Below, one piece after another: positions 33,457-45,166 of a stretch of DNA of 64,000 bases (position 1 is the first letter of the stretch; each line of letters begins with the position of its first letter). The notes beneath the pieces are model-generated. The model was not told where the DNA came from. It searched no databases and was given only the letters and a program-made list of their open reading frames with translations. The stretch covers positions 40,178,001 through 40,242,000 of the forward strand of contig OZ076409.1 in NCBI GenBank assembly GCA_964187785.1, given 5' to 3'. Made by a program: the position numbers and the translations under genes. This DNA comes from Amphiscolops sp. MND2022. Its lineage: Eukaryota.

Positions 33457-36400
33457 ATGTCGAAATTATTTCAAACATGTTTATCACCAATACTAAACGA
33501 AATATGTGTTTCAGAATGCCGGAGAAAATTCAGCGAAAAAGTTGCGTGCCAGAGGCACATGTACAAAGACTGGGCACCAAGGAAAAGACCTGTTGAAGAA
33601 CACCAGCTGGAGTTCACCTGTATTGCACAAAAAATTTACAGCCGGGCAAATTTTATTTGTCGTTTTTGTGAATGTGGCGAGAAAGACAGAGGACCGTTCT
33701 TTAGCTATCATAGAACCGCTCAACACTCCCTCGGAAGAACTTGCACCCTGAAAGTGTTTGAGTTACAAAGGGAGGAATGGTATCCAGGAAATTTGTTGGA
33801 ACCAATACCAGAAAACATTGAGGAATTGTGCAAGGAAAGTTCTGCTTACGATGGCCTGAAGCAAAAATACAAATCGTTTTATCTTAAAGGAGAATCCGCT
33901 GTTCTTCAAATAAAGCCCAAAGGCAACGAACCAGGAGAGTACAGCTGGTCGGAAAAAAGACGACTGGAAGGGAAAGGCTATTCCCATTGCATCAAAGACC
34001 TGATGAAGATCAAAGGGTCGCCAAAGAAGAAGATCGAACATCCACGATGGCAAGCGAGGATAGCTTCGAAAAGAAGAAGACAACAGAGAAGGATGTCATG
34101 TCGGTACCGGCGAGTTCACATCGAACCAGATTCTGACAGCAATGAAGAAGCCTTCCAGGAAGAGAACCGTGAAGAAGACGAAAGTGAAGAAGAAGTAGAC
34201 AGGCACGTTCCCCAAGGTACAATAAAACCCTATTGTTTTACCTATATCAATATTTCTACATACCAATTTGACTACTTGCCAAACGATTCCACTGATACTT
34301 ATCGAAAATATTCGGAAAACATCCACCAATCATTGCAATATTTTTATCATGATATTGACAATTTTTGTTTCAGATTCCGACAGCAATCAAGAAGCCTTCC
34401 AGGAAGAGAACCGTGAAGAAGACGAAAGTGAAGAAGAAGAAGTAGACAGGCACGTTCCCCAAGGTACAATAAAATCCTATTGTTTTATTTATATCAATTT
34501 TTCGACATACCAGTTTGACTACTTGCCAAACGATTCCACTGATACTTTTCGAAAATACTCGGAAAACATCAACCAATCATTGTAATATTTTTATCATGAT
34601 ATTGACAATTTTTGTTTCAGATTCCGACAGCAATCAAGAAGCCTTCCAGGAAGAGAACCGTGAAGAAGACGAAAGTGAAGAAGAAGTAGACAGGCACGTT
34701 CCCCAAGGTACAATAAAATCCTATTGTTTTACCTATATCAATATTTCTACATACCAATTTGACTACTTGCCAAACGATTCCACTGATACTTATCGAAAAT
34801 ATTCGGAAAACATCCACCAATCATTGCAATATTTTTATCATGATATTGACAATTTTTGTTTCAGATTCCGACAGCAATCAAGAAGCCTTCCAGGAAGAGA
34901 ACCGTGAAGAAGACGAAAGTGAAGAAGAAGTAGACAGGCACGTTCCCCAAGGTACAATAAAATCCTATTGTTTTACTTATATCAATTTTTCGACATACCA
35001 GTTTGACTACTTGCCAAACGATTCGACTGATACTTATCAAAAATATTCGAAAAGCATCCACCAAACTTCTCAAAAACTTTATAATGATTTTGACGATTTT
35101 TGTTTCAGATTCCAACAGCTACGAACAGGTTCAAGCAGAAGATGAAGAAGTTTCTCTGGTTGCATTTGAGGATGAAGCAGAGCATCATGAGCTGCTGGAT
35201 GTAATCAGAGAATCTTCCGCTTCTGAGATGCGAGTTTGCTGCACCAATGTTACCAGCAGCGAAATAGAGGAGGAGCTGCAGCAGAAAAGAGCCTGTCTAG
35301 TTCGAGGACATATGGATGGCATAAAATTGCCCAACATTGACTTTGGAGCTCGGTGAAACATCTTCGAAGACTGCCTATACGGAGAAGATATACAATTCTC
35401 TGTCCGAATGTACAAACCTGTAAGTGTACGTTTTTGGCTTCGTCTTTTTAACTTCACCAATGAACCCCGAATAATAAAAAAATATTAGGGTTTTTGTATT
35501 TTAAAACCAAAATATTAGGTCTTCGAAGTGTATTCTTCTCTCATAAACAACACATGTCTATTTCAGCTGCAAAAACTCCTGTGTTTAACACTCTCTGGAA
35601 TAGATTTTGTAAATGCCATTGGGTTTGGAGCTATGAGCGGCCCAATGAATGTCCTCGATCTTTGCTCTAGTCTCACGAAGAACTTGCATTTCGATGTACC
35701 AAAGGCAGTTAAAGATCTTTCAGTGACTCATTTATTCAATTTTGAGCTGGAGCAAAATTGCTATATTCTTCTCAGTCAAAAAGGTTCCATTACACCTTGG
35801 CATGTTGACTACACGAATACCAGCGTCTTTTACCATCTTCTTTACGGTAGAAAAGAGTTTTTCATGATTCCTGGAACAGTTCGAAACCAAGAAATTCTGG
35901 AGAATTGGTGCATTGAGGCAACAAAACAAAATGTTTTCCTACCAAGTGACACCCACCTCCAAAGTCAAGTGTTTAAAATGACGATAACAGGCGGCAAGTC
36001 ATTAATCATGCCAGCAGGCATGATACATATGGTCAGAACCTGTGCGGACAGCGTGGCCGTGGAATTCAATTTTATCACCATATGTGAACTAGGTAATTAT
36101 GAAATTCAGTTTTCATATAATATTGTTTCTCAGTTGTTTGTTAGAAGAGATAAAAGGTAAAAAGCAAAAAAAAATCAAAAAAATCTTTATTTTTAAAATT
36201 AAAATAGGATTGAGTTAATTTTTCAAAAAAATCGGATTTTAATCATGTGTTCAAGGCAGTTTTACTATTGCTTGTGCATATATGTTTTTCGACACGACTT
36301 TGACTGTTTACCAGAGGGAACGGGACAATGATGAACCTCTTGGTAAAATGTTTCCCACATTTCTTATCGTTAATGACGAAAGTGTTACTAGAGAGTACCA

Positions 36401-36564
36401 TTGGGACCTGCAGGCTACTCAAATGGGAGTTTCTGGCCAAGGCACTAGATGTCCTCAGCTTCCATTCCAAAAATGACAGCCGATCCAAGAGCAATCGACG
36501 AAAGTTTGTGCAAACTATCAACCGGTACATGTTGTCAATTTCCCAAACAGGAACATATCATTAA
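33457..36564 (+). CDS. JmjC-domain histone demethylase-like protein (KDM2/KDM7-PHF8 type), multi-exon
   Basis: YILLSQKGSITPWHVDYTNTSVFYHLLYGRKEFFMIP..MPAGMIHMVRT..NF retains the HxD...H iron ligands and the T/K 2-oxoglutarate residues. Exons about 33457-34216, 34374-34463, 34621-34707, 34865-34951, 35109-35419, 35567-36092 and 36260-36564, with some frameshifts. Cys/His-rich N-terminus. Confidence 0.85.
34129..35110 (+). repeat. About 245-bp exon-plus-intron tandem repeat, 4 copies
   Basis: Repeated TTTCAG|ATTCCGACAGC...CCCCAAG|GTACAA; exons of 87-90 nt encode DSDSNQEAFQEENREEDESEEEVDRHVPQ. Confidence 0.92.
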
Positions 36565-37065
36565 GTCACTTATTTCAAATTGTTGACAAAAAACTCGGTC
36601 GAAACACTTTTTGGTCTCTTGGTTGATTAGTTCGTTGAAAACCATTTTCGAGATGAATTTTTTGTTGTACGTATTCTTAACCTTTATTATATTATTTTAT
36701 TTCATTGTATTAATATATATATCATTATTAAATCTGGAAACTTGTTTTCAGCGAAGTATTTCAGCACTTGATGTAATTCCACATTTTTCTGCAGTCCCCA
36801 AGGAGTGAAATCAAGCGAAGTTTACTGTAATACTTTACAATTATGAATTCCAATTCTTGGTCTTCGAAAGATTTGGTTTTATTCTGCCTTTTCTGTTTTT
36901 ATTTAGTATTTGGCGCTGCTACTTTTTGCTACGTCTTTATTTTGAATTTCTTAAGAACAATTCGAATGATTCAATTAAATTTTGACCATAAAACAGGTAA
37001 AAATAATTTATTATTGTTTAAATCAAAGTTTTCATGATTTATAAATTATGATTATCAAATGATTC

Positions 37066-40000
37066 TCAGTCTGAGGGGTCTGAGGATGATTCATCGTGTT
37101 CTTTCTGAGCGTCATTCATATTTTCTTGTTCACGCTTCTTCAGCATTTCTCGTCGTTTACGAAGTACCGATGTTATAGCTGAAAATGTGTTTTGTAGTTC
37201 GGGATTCCTCTGAAGAAGGAAAATTTTGCGATGATCACGAACAGAAGTTGATGGAATGTCTGGCCCTGGTTTGAACGCAAAAGACTCCACATCCAAAATT
37301 GTTGAAGTTTCGATACTTTTCAAAATACAGTCAACGGATAGAAACGTAAGTCCACGACTGGCCAAGTGTCGTAAAACGTAACTGGTTCGACTTGGTTCAT
37401 TTAGTTTTCTTTTTTTTGCATTTTCCTGTGGCCATAACTTTTGTCACTTGTGGCAAAGTTTCACACGACGTTGTTGCACTAATGAGATCTGTGTCATTTT
37501 GGAGAACCACGTAAATGTGTGGCAACTTGGAGTGTCTGGAGAGGAGAGTATTCTTTGCTGCTCGTTCTAGAACTTTCCCTCCCGCTTTTTTGATAACTTT
37601 TTTGAGGCACTCAGCGGGTCCAAGAGTTTTTCCATCTTGGTTTTCATGTTGAATTCGTTGCTCTTATTGAATTTCCCGTGCAGAAAGAATCTCGATCCTG
37701 GAGCAAACGGAATATTGTTTAGTTCTGTGGAAACAATTGGTTATATACCGAACTTCGAATATGTAACAACAGGTTTCTAAGGTGGTCCTTCCATTTGCCG
37801 AACGTGCATATTGCCGTATAATTCTAAGACGGCTTTGCATGTACAGTAGTGATATTATTAAAAACTTAGTATTATCGGAAAAGCCTAATTTTACAGCGTG
37901 TTTTCATTGAGACTTTCAAGTAATTTCTCAATCAAAACATATCAAGTGCTTCAGTTAAATCAGGGAGGTCAATTGAACATAAAATGTTTCAAAAATTTTG
38001 ATCAAAACTAAATCAAAAGTCAGAAAAACCTAAATATTTAAACTAGATAAAAATCCTAGAAATTTGTTCACGTTCATAATTTTTCAAAAATCACTGCTTT
38101 TTGATAGATATTCGATTTTAGAATTTGATTTTTGTTGTTTTTAATATTATCACTACTGTATTCAATTTTATTTGCTACGATCGTTCTGAACAGGTATGTA
38201 ATTGCATCATTCAAAACTCACTGTTGAGCGAAAAACTAATTGCAAATAATAAGTTGAAAACATAAAAATAAGTAGATTGAGATTGGATTTCTCTCTCCGC
38301 CAGAGAGAATTCGAATCTCAATCTACTCACTAATTGCCACAGTTGTTGAATGCGCGGTCGTCACCGGCAATCGACATCTATGGCAAGTAATATCCGCCAA
38401 TGGCTACCACACACAATACCAGACACAATACCAGCCACTGGCTACCGAAGGCTGCACCAACAGCTACGCAGAGAAGCGAACCTGTATACCAAGAGCGAAC
38501 GAGCGGCGGAACGACGGAGCGACACACGAAGTAACCACTACGCCAGTGGTACTTGAAATCTGTTGATGTTTTGAGGAAGTATTTCATCCGAGCAACTTAA
38601 GACTAATATTTGTCAACATGAACATTCAGCAAAACTCAAGTCAAACATTTATTCAACGATCCACTACATTTACTTCGGAGTCGCAAGAAAAGCAAAATTC
38701 ACACTATATTGTTGGTTTATCCAACTAAAATTCGCTAAATATATACCACTTAGGTTTCATAACCAAAAAAGCTGGACGTGGGCTTATAGGTACAAAAAAA
38801 TCCTTACCCAAGAAAAGGCGGGACTTCTCTCGAACTCTTCCAACGGGAATGATGGCTTTCTCAATTGGTCCCAGGGAGTCCAAAAAAGATAGGTTCACCT
38901 CTATGGGTTCATTAAAAAGCCCTTGATGGCAAAGTGAAAGCTGTTCGTCGATGGTGCCTTCCAAAGTCGAAAACCGGAGACCAGAACAGAAAGTGAAAAA
39001 CATTTCGAGAAACAACGGGTCGGCGTGTCGAACTGTCCCTCCCCCTCGCATGGTCTTTTGCTGAAAGTCTCTATGGACATGATGGTTTGATTTTTCGGGG
39101 CCTTCGCACAGGTGGTTAAAGGGTGATTCAATGTAGCCTCCTTCTAACAGCTGGGGAATCAGGCACAGTTTCAGTCTGTACGGTGTCAAACCTAGTTTCA
39201 CATCGAACAGTACAATCGAAATGTGATAGTGGATTTCTGACCAGTATTTATAGTCGGAAAAGTTCTGTTCTTCGAATTTCTTCTTCGTACTCATCAGCAC
39301 GGTAAGCTGATTTAGTGACTTTCTCCAGAGTTCAGCTGCAACCAAAAGTTTCATTTGACATGGGCTTTCGATATTTGTAAATGAATTGGGATGAAGATTT
39401 TTCAACACATTCATGCTTGCACTTTTTGTACCCGACAAGGCTCCAACAGTCTTGTTCTCGGAAAAAACTCCTTCGAACAGTTCATGCTGAACACCAGCCT
39501 CAGCAAACTCGTACATATCAGCAATGCCAGTGATAGCTTCTCTGCCACTAAGGGAAATGGGAGCACATTTTTTGTTGCGTTTGTCAATGTCAATTTCGAA
39601 GCCAGGCTCTTTCCAACCTCTCTCGGTCAAATTGCGCTGAAAATTTTCCCTAATATAATTAACTGTAGCTGAGTCATCTTCAGATTGGAGAATTTTCAAC
39701 TCCATGAACTTTCTAATGTCTCCCTCGACACACCTTGTTATCGCATGAGTGCCGTCGGGACAAACGCATCTGATGTCTGGCAAAAACGTCAAACTTTCAG
39801 GAGGAATGGTGGTTCGAAATGGTAGGGAACATCACCTCGATGTCCATTTTTTTCGTGCACGGTTTCTGGTTTAACTGAATTGTCATTCCCAAGATACATC
39901 TGCAATTTTGATGGATTTTCTTCACTCTCCATGTGATCAACAGAGGTTCCGATGAGAAGGCGATTTAGGAATGGTTGATCGCCACTGTATGTTAAAAGGA

Positions 40001-41237
40001 CTCCGGCGTCATGGAGTTGTTTCGTCTGCTGGTAAAGCCAAGAGGAATCTTGCTCACCTAGTTCTAGGTACCCGACATTTTGCTCTAGCAACCAACGACC
40101 GTCGTGACCTGTAAACACGTATTGTAAAATGTGCGAAGCTAACCTAGAGCTAAATTAAATTTTGGGATTCAGCAGGACAAAATAGCAGAACATACCTTGG
40201 AAAACAGCAAAAGAGAAGAGTGCATCTGATGACTGATTGCTGATAGATGTTCCTTCGAGAAAACGGAAGGCCATTCGAGTTTGATCCTTTTTTCCTATTT
40301 GAACACCATCTCCCCAAATATCAACTTTCAGACCTCGCAAATCAGTTCTTCCTTTGAACAGAATGAATGTCATGACTTTGATAGCACGTACAAGATCAAT
40401 TCTGAATCCCAAGAAAGTGTTTTTTGGTTTGAATAGGGATATAAACTTTGAAATTATCGGTTTCGACATCTCTTTGATCGCTGTATAACCAGGAATTAGT
40501 TGTTTTTGACCCAGTTCATCGACATGGAAAGTTTTTTTCAGCGTGTTGATCATATTTATCCAACTACCAGTTTTAGTACAGATAAATATTTCTGACTTCA
40601 GCTTTTCGTACAATAAATAGTTTGAAAAAACACCCTTAACCAGAGCCTTGGCTTCAAATTGATGCAGAGAGTTCTTCTGCGCTTTAGCATGAATCCGCTT
40701 TTGTTCTGTAGCTGCTAATGTTGCGAGAATTGTATGCATCTTCTGACTGAAACCTGATTCAGGTTGAGAAAACTGCTCCACTGGGATTGTTGGCATTGAA
40801 AGTGGATTGACAAAAGTTTGTGAGTCGGGAATTAGCTGCGGCGTATTTGGGAAAAAGTAGGACACGTATCTTCTTCGTAATTGTGTCCATGGAAACCCAC
40901 TTTGTAAACCACGAATAATTATTATTTGCAATATTCCAATGGCAACAAAGCAAGTTTTTCGTTTGTTTATTACACAATCTTCGAGTTTTAATTCAGTTCC
41001 TTCAATTACTATTTCGATCGCGCTTTTCAGTTTTCGCGATTTTTCTCTTAGAATATGCCCAGCAAAAACATCCAAAATTTTAGCATCCACAAAACATTTT
41101 CCATCAATTGTTTCAGTGTAATCGTACAGAAGCTTCTCGGGGTGTATTGTCATCCTGATTGTCGTACGTCGAACGTTTTTGGAAGTTAATCTAGTAGTTG
41201 TCTTTTCAAAAGCGTATTGACACTTTAACGTTTCCAC
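37066..41237 (-). CDS. RAG1/Transib-like DDE transposase with C-terminal BRCT-like domain (copy B)
   Basis: Exons about 41237-40196, 40108-38808 and 37697-37066 (introns G|GTATGT..ACAG and G|GTAAGG..CCAG). Motifs IPGYTAI, VDIWGDG, SGDQPFL, CPDGTH, SLSGREA, LTPYRLK..IPQL, CEGPEKSN. C-terminal RLFLGSRFFLHGKF..VIKKAGGKV..FLSVDCI aligns with copy A. Frameshifts near 39820, 37615 and 37410. Confidence 0.75.
37844..38158. mobile_element. Tc1/mariner-type MITE inside transposase B intron 2
   Basis: TA|CAGTAGTGATATTATTAAAAAC ... GTTTTTAATATTATCACTACTG|TA. Confidence 0.88.
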
Positions 41238-41719
41238 ACTATCGTTTCCATTCTTGAAATGCGTCCGCTGGTTGGCAAAGCGTTTGACAAAAAATTATAA
41301 AATGATCGTGTTACGTTTTTGATGTTCCGTGCTGAAATTATATCGGAAATAAATCGAGTAAATTAGCGTTTTCACACTCACGTGGATTTTGAAATGCGTC
41401 TGCTCGATCGATCGAAAAACGTTTGACAAAAAATTATAAAATTATCGTGCTACGTTTTTGATGTTCAGTGCAAAAGTGTCTGGAGGTTTATTGTCATTTA
41501 AAATGCGTCTGACAATTAATTATTATGCGTCTGACAATTAAAACTCATCTGTATGTAACGACTTGGGTCGATCAAACTCACTTGATAATCATTTGTCCCG
41601 ATAACGATTTTATTTGCTCAAACCTGCTTGATAAACATTAGTGGCAAATGCAATACTGAAAATACTCGTTTGAGAAAATAAACTTCTTGAAAAATAAAGC
41701 ACTAGTTTCATTAATTGAA

Positions 41720-43295
41720 ATGGATTTCATCAGTGTTTTTGATATGGAAGAGCAAGTTCAAGTTTTGGATCCTGCAACAAAAATTTGGGAAGATGCTTGC
41801 ATCATTGGGGTTGGGTTGGAAGGATCATTTGGAATCCGAGTTAAGTACCTCAATTGGCAAGATAAACTTGTGAAGCGATTCGGATCAGACAGAATTTAAG
41901 ATGTCCCCCAACACACCTCAAAATTGCTGGCCAGTTATAAAATGTATAGTACTACAAGATGTCCGCGGTCGCCGGAAATCCAAGAAGCCAGCAGAAACCG
42001 TTTTTGACATCCCCGACCCAAGAAAGCGCCAACTAGGGGACAAAATCTTTTTCACTGGGACATCCCGGAAATCACCAGCGGACATTCCTAGTTTAGAAGA
42101 AGTTAGAAAGGATGCCGAGGAGTCGAAGCTGCTGAACTCGGGTTATGTTGTCATGAATGACCCATTCCAGCAAAATATGGCTGTTTCCTTCGACGGGCGC
42201 ACAAAGGACATCCAGTTCATCGACTACGAACTAATTCGTCCGAAGAACTGGACTCATCCTGACACGAGGCAGCCTCCCGAGTTTGATTCGGAGCCCGAAG
42301 ATGACCTACCATCGCGGCAAAAAAAGAGAGTAGTAGAAACAGATGCAGAACCAGAACCCACTATAACTTCTCCTAGACAGAAAATTGATATTGCCGCATA
42401 TATTGCGAGTCTTGCCGAGAAAGACGAACTTCTGGACATTGTACCCTGCGAAAATGGTATTGCATCAGCAGGTATATGATCAATTTGATTAATACTAGTC
42501 TAACCTCTACTGTACTAAAAATAATCAAACTAAAAAACTGAAAGCAAGCTTTTTGCCACGAGCGTCCGCTCGAAAAATTTACATGCTTTTAGAAACTTTG
42601 TCGCATAAATCTTTCTCAAGTGGTTAATAAATTATTATTACTAAATGAAATTAAATATTCGCATTCTGTTATTAGGTGACCACGTTACGATAAACATTAG
42701 GAGAACGGTCTTCACGATGAAATTGGAGAAGATATGGTTCGACGTGGAGATGAAGAAGGCCATGGCGAAACTGGTCGAAGAAGAAGACAGATGCTATTCC
42801 ATCACTTACCCAGCTGTAAAGCTAGTGTTGACAGAAGCAAACTACATGAAGCAGAAAGCTCTGGACTTGTCCGCAGCTTGTTCACCTGTGAATAGAGCTT
42901 TTCATTACGTGTCAGCGCTGAAACGTTTGGTCGGGATATCCCAGTCGAAACGCACAATGATCAATCAAGACATTTGCTTGGTTGACGAAAATTCCAAGAA
43001 TATCTTTTTGATGGGTTCTGGACACCAAGTCAAATTTCATATAAATCCTGACTCAGAAAAGTTTCACAAAAATGCAGAATGGGACAGTACCCTAGGCCGA
43101 CAATGGGATATGCTCCCACCAATCTTCCCTAAAATTTTCTGCCACATTATCAAAAGCCTAAAATTTTCAATTAACAACGATTTTCTGCTAAAAACTGTGC
43201 GAGTATCTATCGATTGTTTCCAGGACAATTTAAATGGCGATGACGAAAATCGTCGTTCCGCAGCCAATAATTGCAGAAGTCAGTTTAGTTTTTAA
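41720..43295 (+). CDS. Transposase-partner protein B, N-terminal Tudor/Agenet-like domain
   Basis: FDMEEQVQVLDPATKIWEDACIIGV..IRVKYLNW; one slip near 41897; intron about 42472-42675 (G|GTATAT..TTAG|GT); collinear similarity to 12694-14211. Confidence 0.7.
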
Positions 43296-45166
43296 TTTAT
43301 TCATTTTTTGTATCCATTGCTATAACAATTGTGATATCTTTTCCATTATTTGTTTCCACTAATTGTTTCTTAATTGAATCAGTCTCCTGTGAATCTTTTT
43401 GTTTTCGATTTGGGGCAAAAGAACAGTAGTGGAGCGACATAGTAATAATTGACAAAATAATGCCATTAACCAATTGAGTCAAACAAAATGTAATGAGAAT
43501 TAAATTGTTCAAAAAGACAAGCCCCCAAAAAGATCTTATCATGCCATTCTAATCTTCTTGTAATCTCCTAATCTTCTTATGGTTGATATATAATATTAAT
43601 TTAGGATTGTTCAATTATAACAAAAGAGTTGTTCGATATTTGTAAAATTACTACAAAAACAACTTTATTCAAATATTCACTTTGATTGATATAAGATATG
43701 TTTAAGTTGATTCAACCAAAAACAAAAAAAAATTGTTTGATAGTTGTACATTTACTACAAAAACAACTTTTTTCAACTATTCACCCTATCAGTCGTTAAA
43801 TCAAACAGTTTTATCAGACAGATTGTTGCTGGATATAAGGTAGATTGATGAAAAATATGGAAGCTTGATAATCATTATTCAAATTTATTTCGAAAACAAA
43901 GTACCTGGGAATGGTTTTATTAAACTTCTGATAATCGGCAAATTCCTATTTTCAGTTGATTAGGTATATCTCGGACATTTTTTGATATGTATTAAAAGTT
44001 TCTATCAAATTAAAAGAACAAGAGACCGTTGTCCTACTACATCCCTAGACACTAGTTTTTGTTACCAGAATGGTCTCCTAGGAAGACTTTTCTTTCGTCA
44101 CAGGAGGCTCCTCTAGTTAGAGCTCCGAGGCGACGTGCCGCCACTCTCAAAGTCCGGACACGTCCCACAAGCCTGTAAAAACGAATCCTAAGGTTTCTAG
44201 CGTGTTCCCGTGCCTCCTACATACTTCCGAGGTCCAAAATGATATTTAGCTGGAATACATTAAATTTCGGAAGCAAGAATTAAAATGAAGACCTAGTTGG
44301 TCAAACATTATCTAAACTATCAGCAATTAGTGATAAAGCACGGGGATAAGCCCCAACAACATTACATTTTAGGGTGATGGTCAGTTTGGCTTCTGGCATG
44401 TTTCATCTTTGGGCATTCTCCCAGAGAGATGGCACATTCCGTCGGTTTTGGGTCTTTTGACATCACTTCATTTTTCTTTGCGTTTGTCTTCATCTTCTCT
44501 GACCTTCTTTTTCTTCTGTCGTTCTTTTTTACTCTGTCTCCGCATGGCTTCTTTTTTTGTTCGTTTTCCCGCACCTGCTAGGTCGGTCATCTTCTTCGTA
44601 CAATTTTGATAACGCACACTTCGAATTTTTCATCGAAATCTCGTCATGCCAGGCTGACGTTACATCCTCCCCGGGCCGTAGTTTGTCGTCCTCGGCAAAC
44701 GAGGGGATGCTTGTACCCAGAGGGTATCGGCGACCTTGAAGTCCACTTTAGCTTCAGGGCTGGGTTTCATCAGTATAGTATATTTATTTTTAGCATCTTT
44801 CTTTTTTGTATCAAGGCTAATTAATTCAAAAGGCACTTGATAAAATTGGACACATGGCAATCAGTTTAAGAAGTATTCTACAGTTTTCTCAGTCTAAGTT
44901 AAAATCTCTTTTCTAAAATGGGCCCCAGCGCGGCCAAAGTAAAACAACGGTTTGGTATTAGTAACAGCTATGAATTGTTAAATTTCAAACTTAAGCGGAA
45001 GAGCACCGACCTGGGACCCGCCCACTGGGCCAGAACAAACTAACTATTGCATGGATCATTTTAAAGAATAACACGAAACATGATGTATAGCACTGAATAA
45101 AGCAACACAAAGAGTTTTAATCGTAGAACGAACTTTCATCAGCACCTTTTGGTCAACCGAAGTTGG

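Larger units (their letters stand above)
27052..44015. mobile_element. Element B: about 17-kb RAG1/Transib-like DNA transposon with SET, JmjC, transposase-BRCT and Tudor-like genes
   Basis: Interrupts the LTR between GGACAA (27051) and GAACA(A/G)GAGACC (44016); 14 nt of the LTR are missing. Starts CAT-TACAGTG-12nt-ACGAAAATG. Related direct repeats lie near both ends (27.8-28.2 and 43.4-43.8 kb). No matching right TIR seen. Confidence 0.8.

Noticed and set aside
38271..38328. Small hairpin as a possible ncRNA or terminator
   Set aside because: A short intronic inverted repeat with no supporting family features; more likely a repeat remnant.
38725..38807. Apparent C-terminus KDFFVPISPRPAF... 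of transposase B, or an insertion breaking it
   Set aside because: A GTAAGG donor at 38807 and a CCAG acceptor at 37698 give an in-frame join that matches copy A, so this is intron sequence.
44362..44574. Lys/Arg-rich ORF duplicated at 51077-51331
   Set aside because: It lies within the LTR copies and reflects purine-rich low-complexity sequence.
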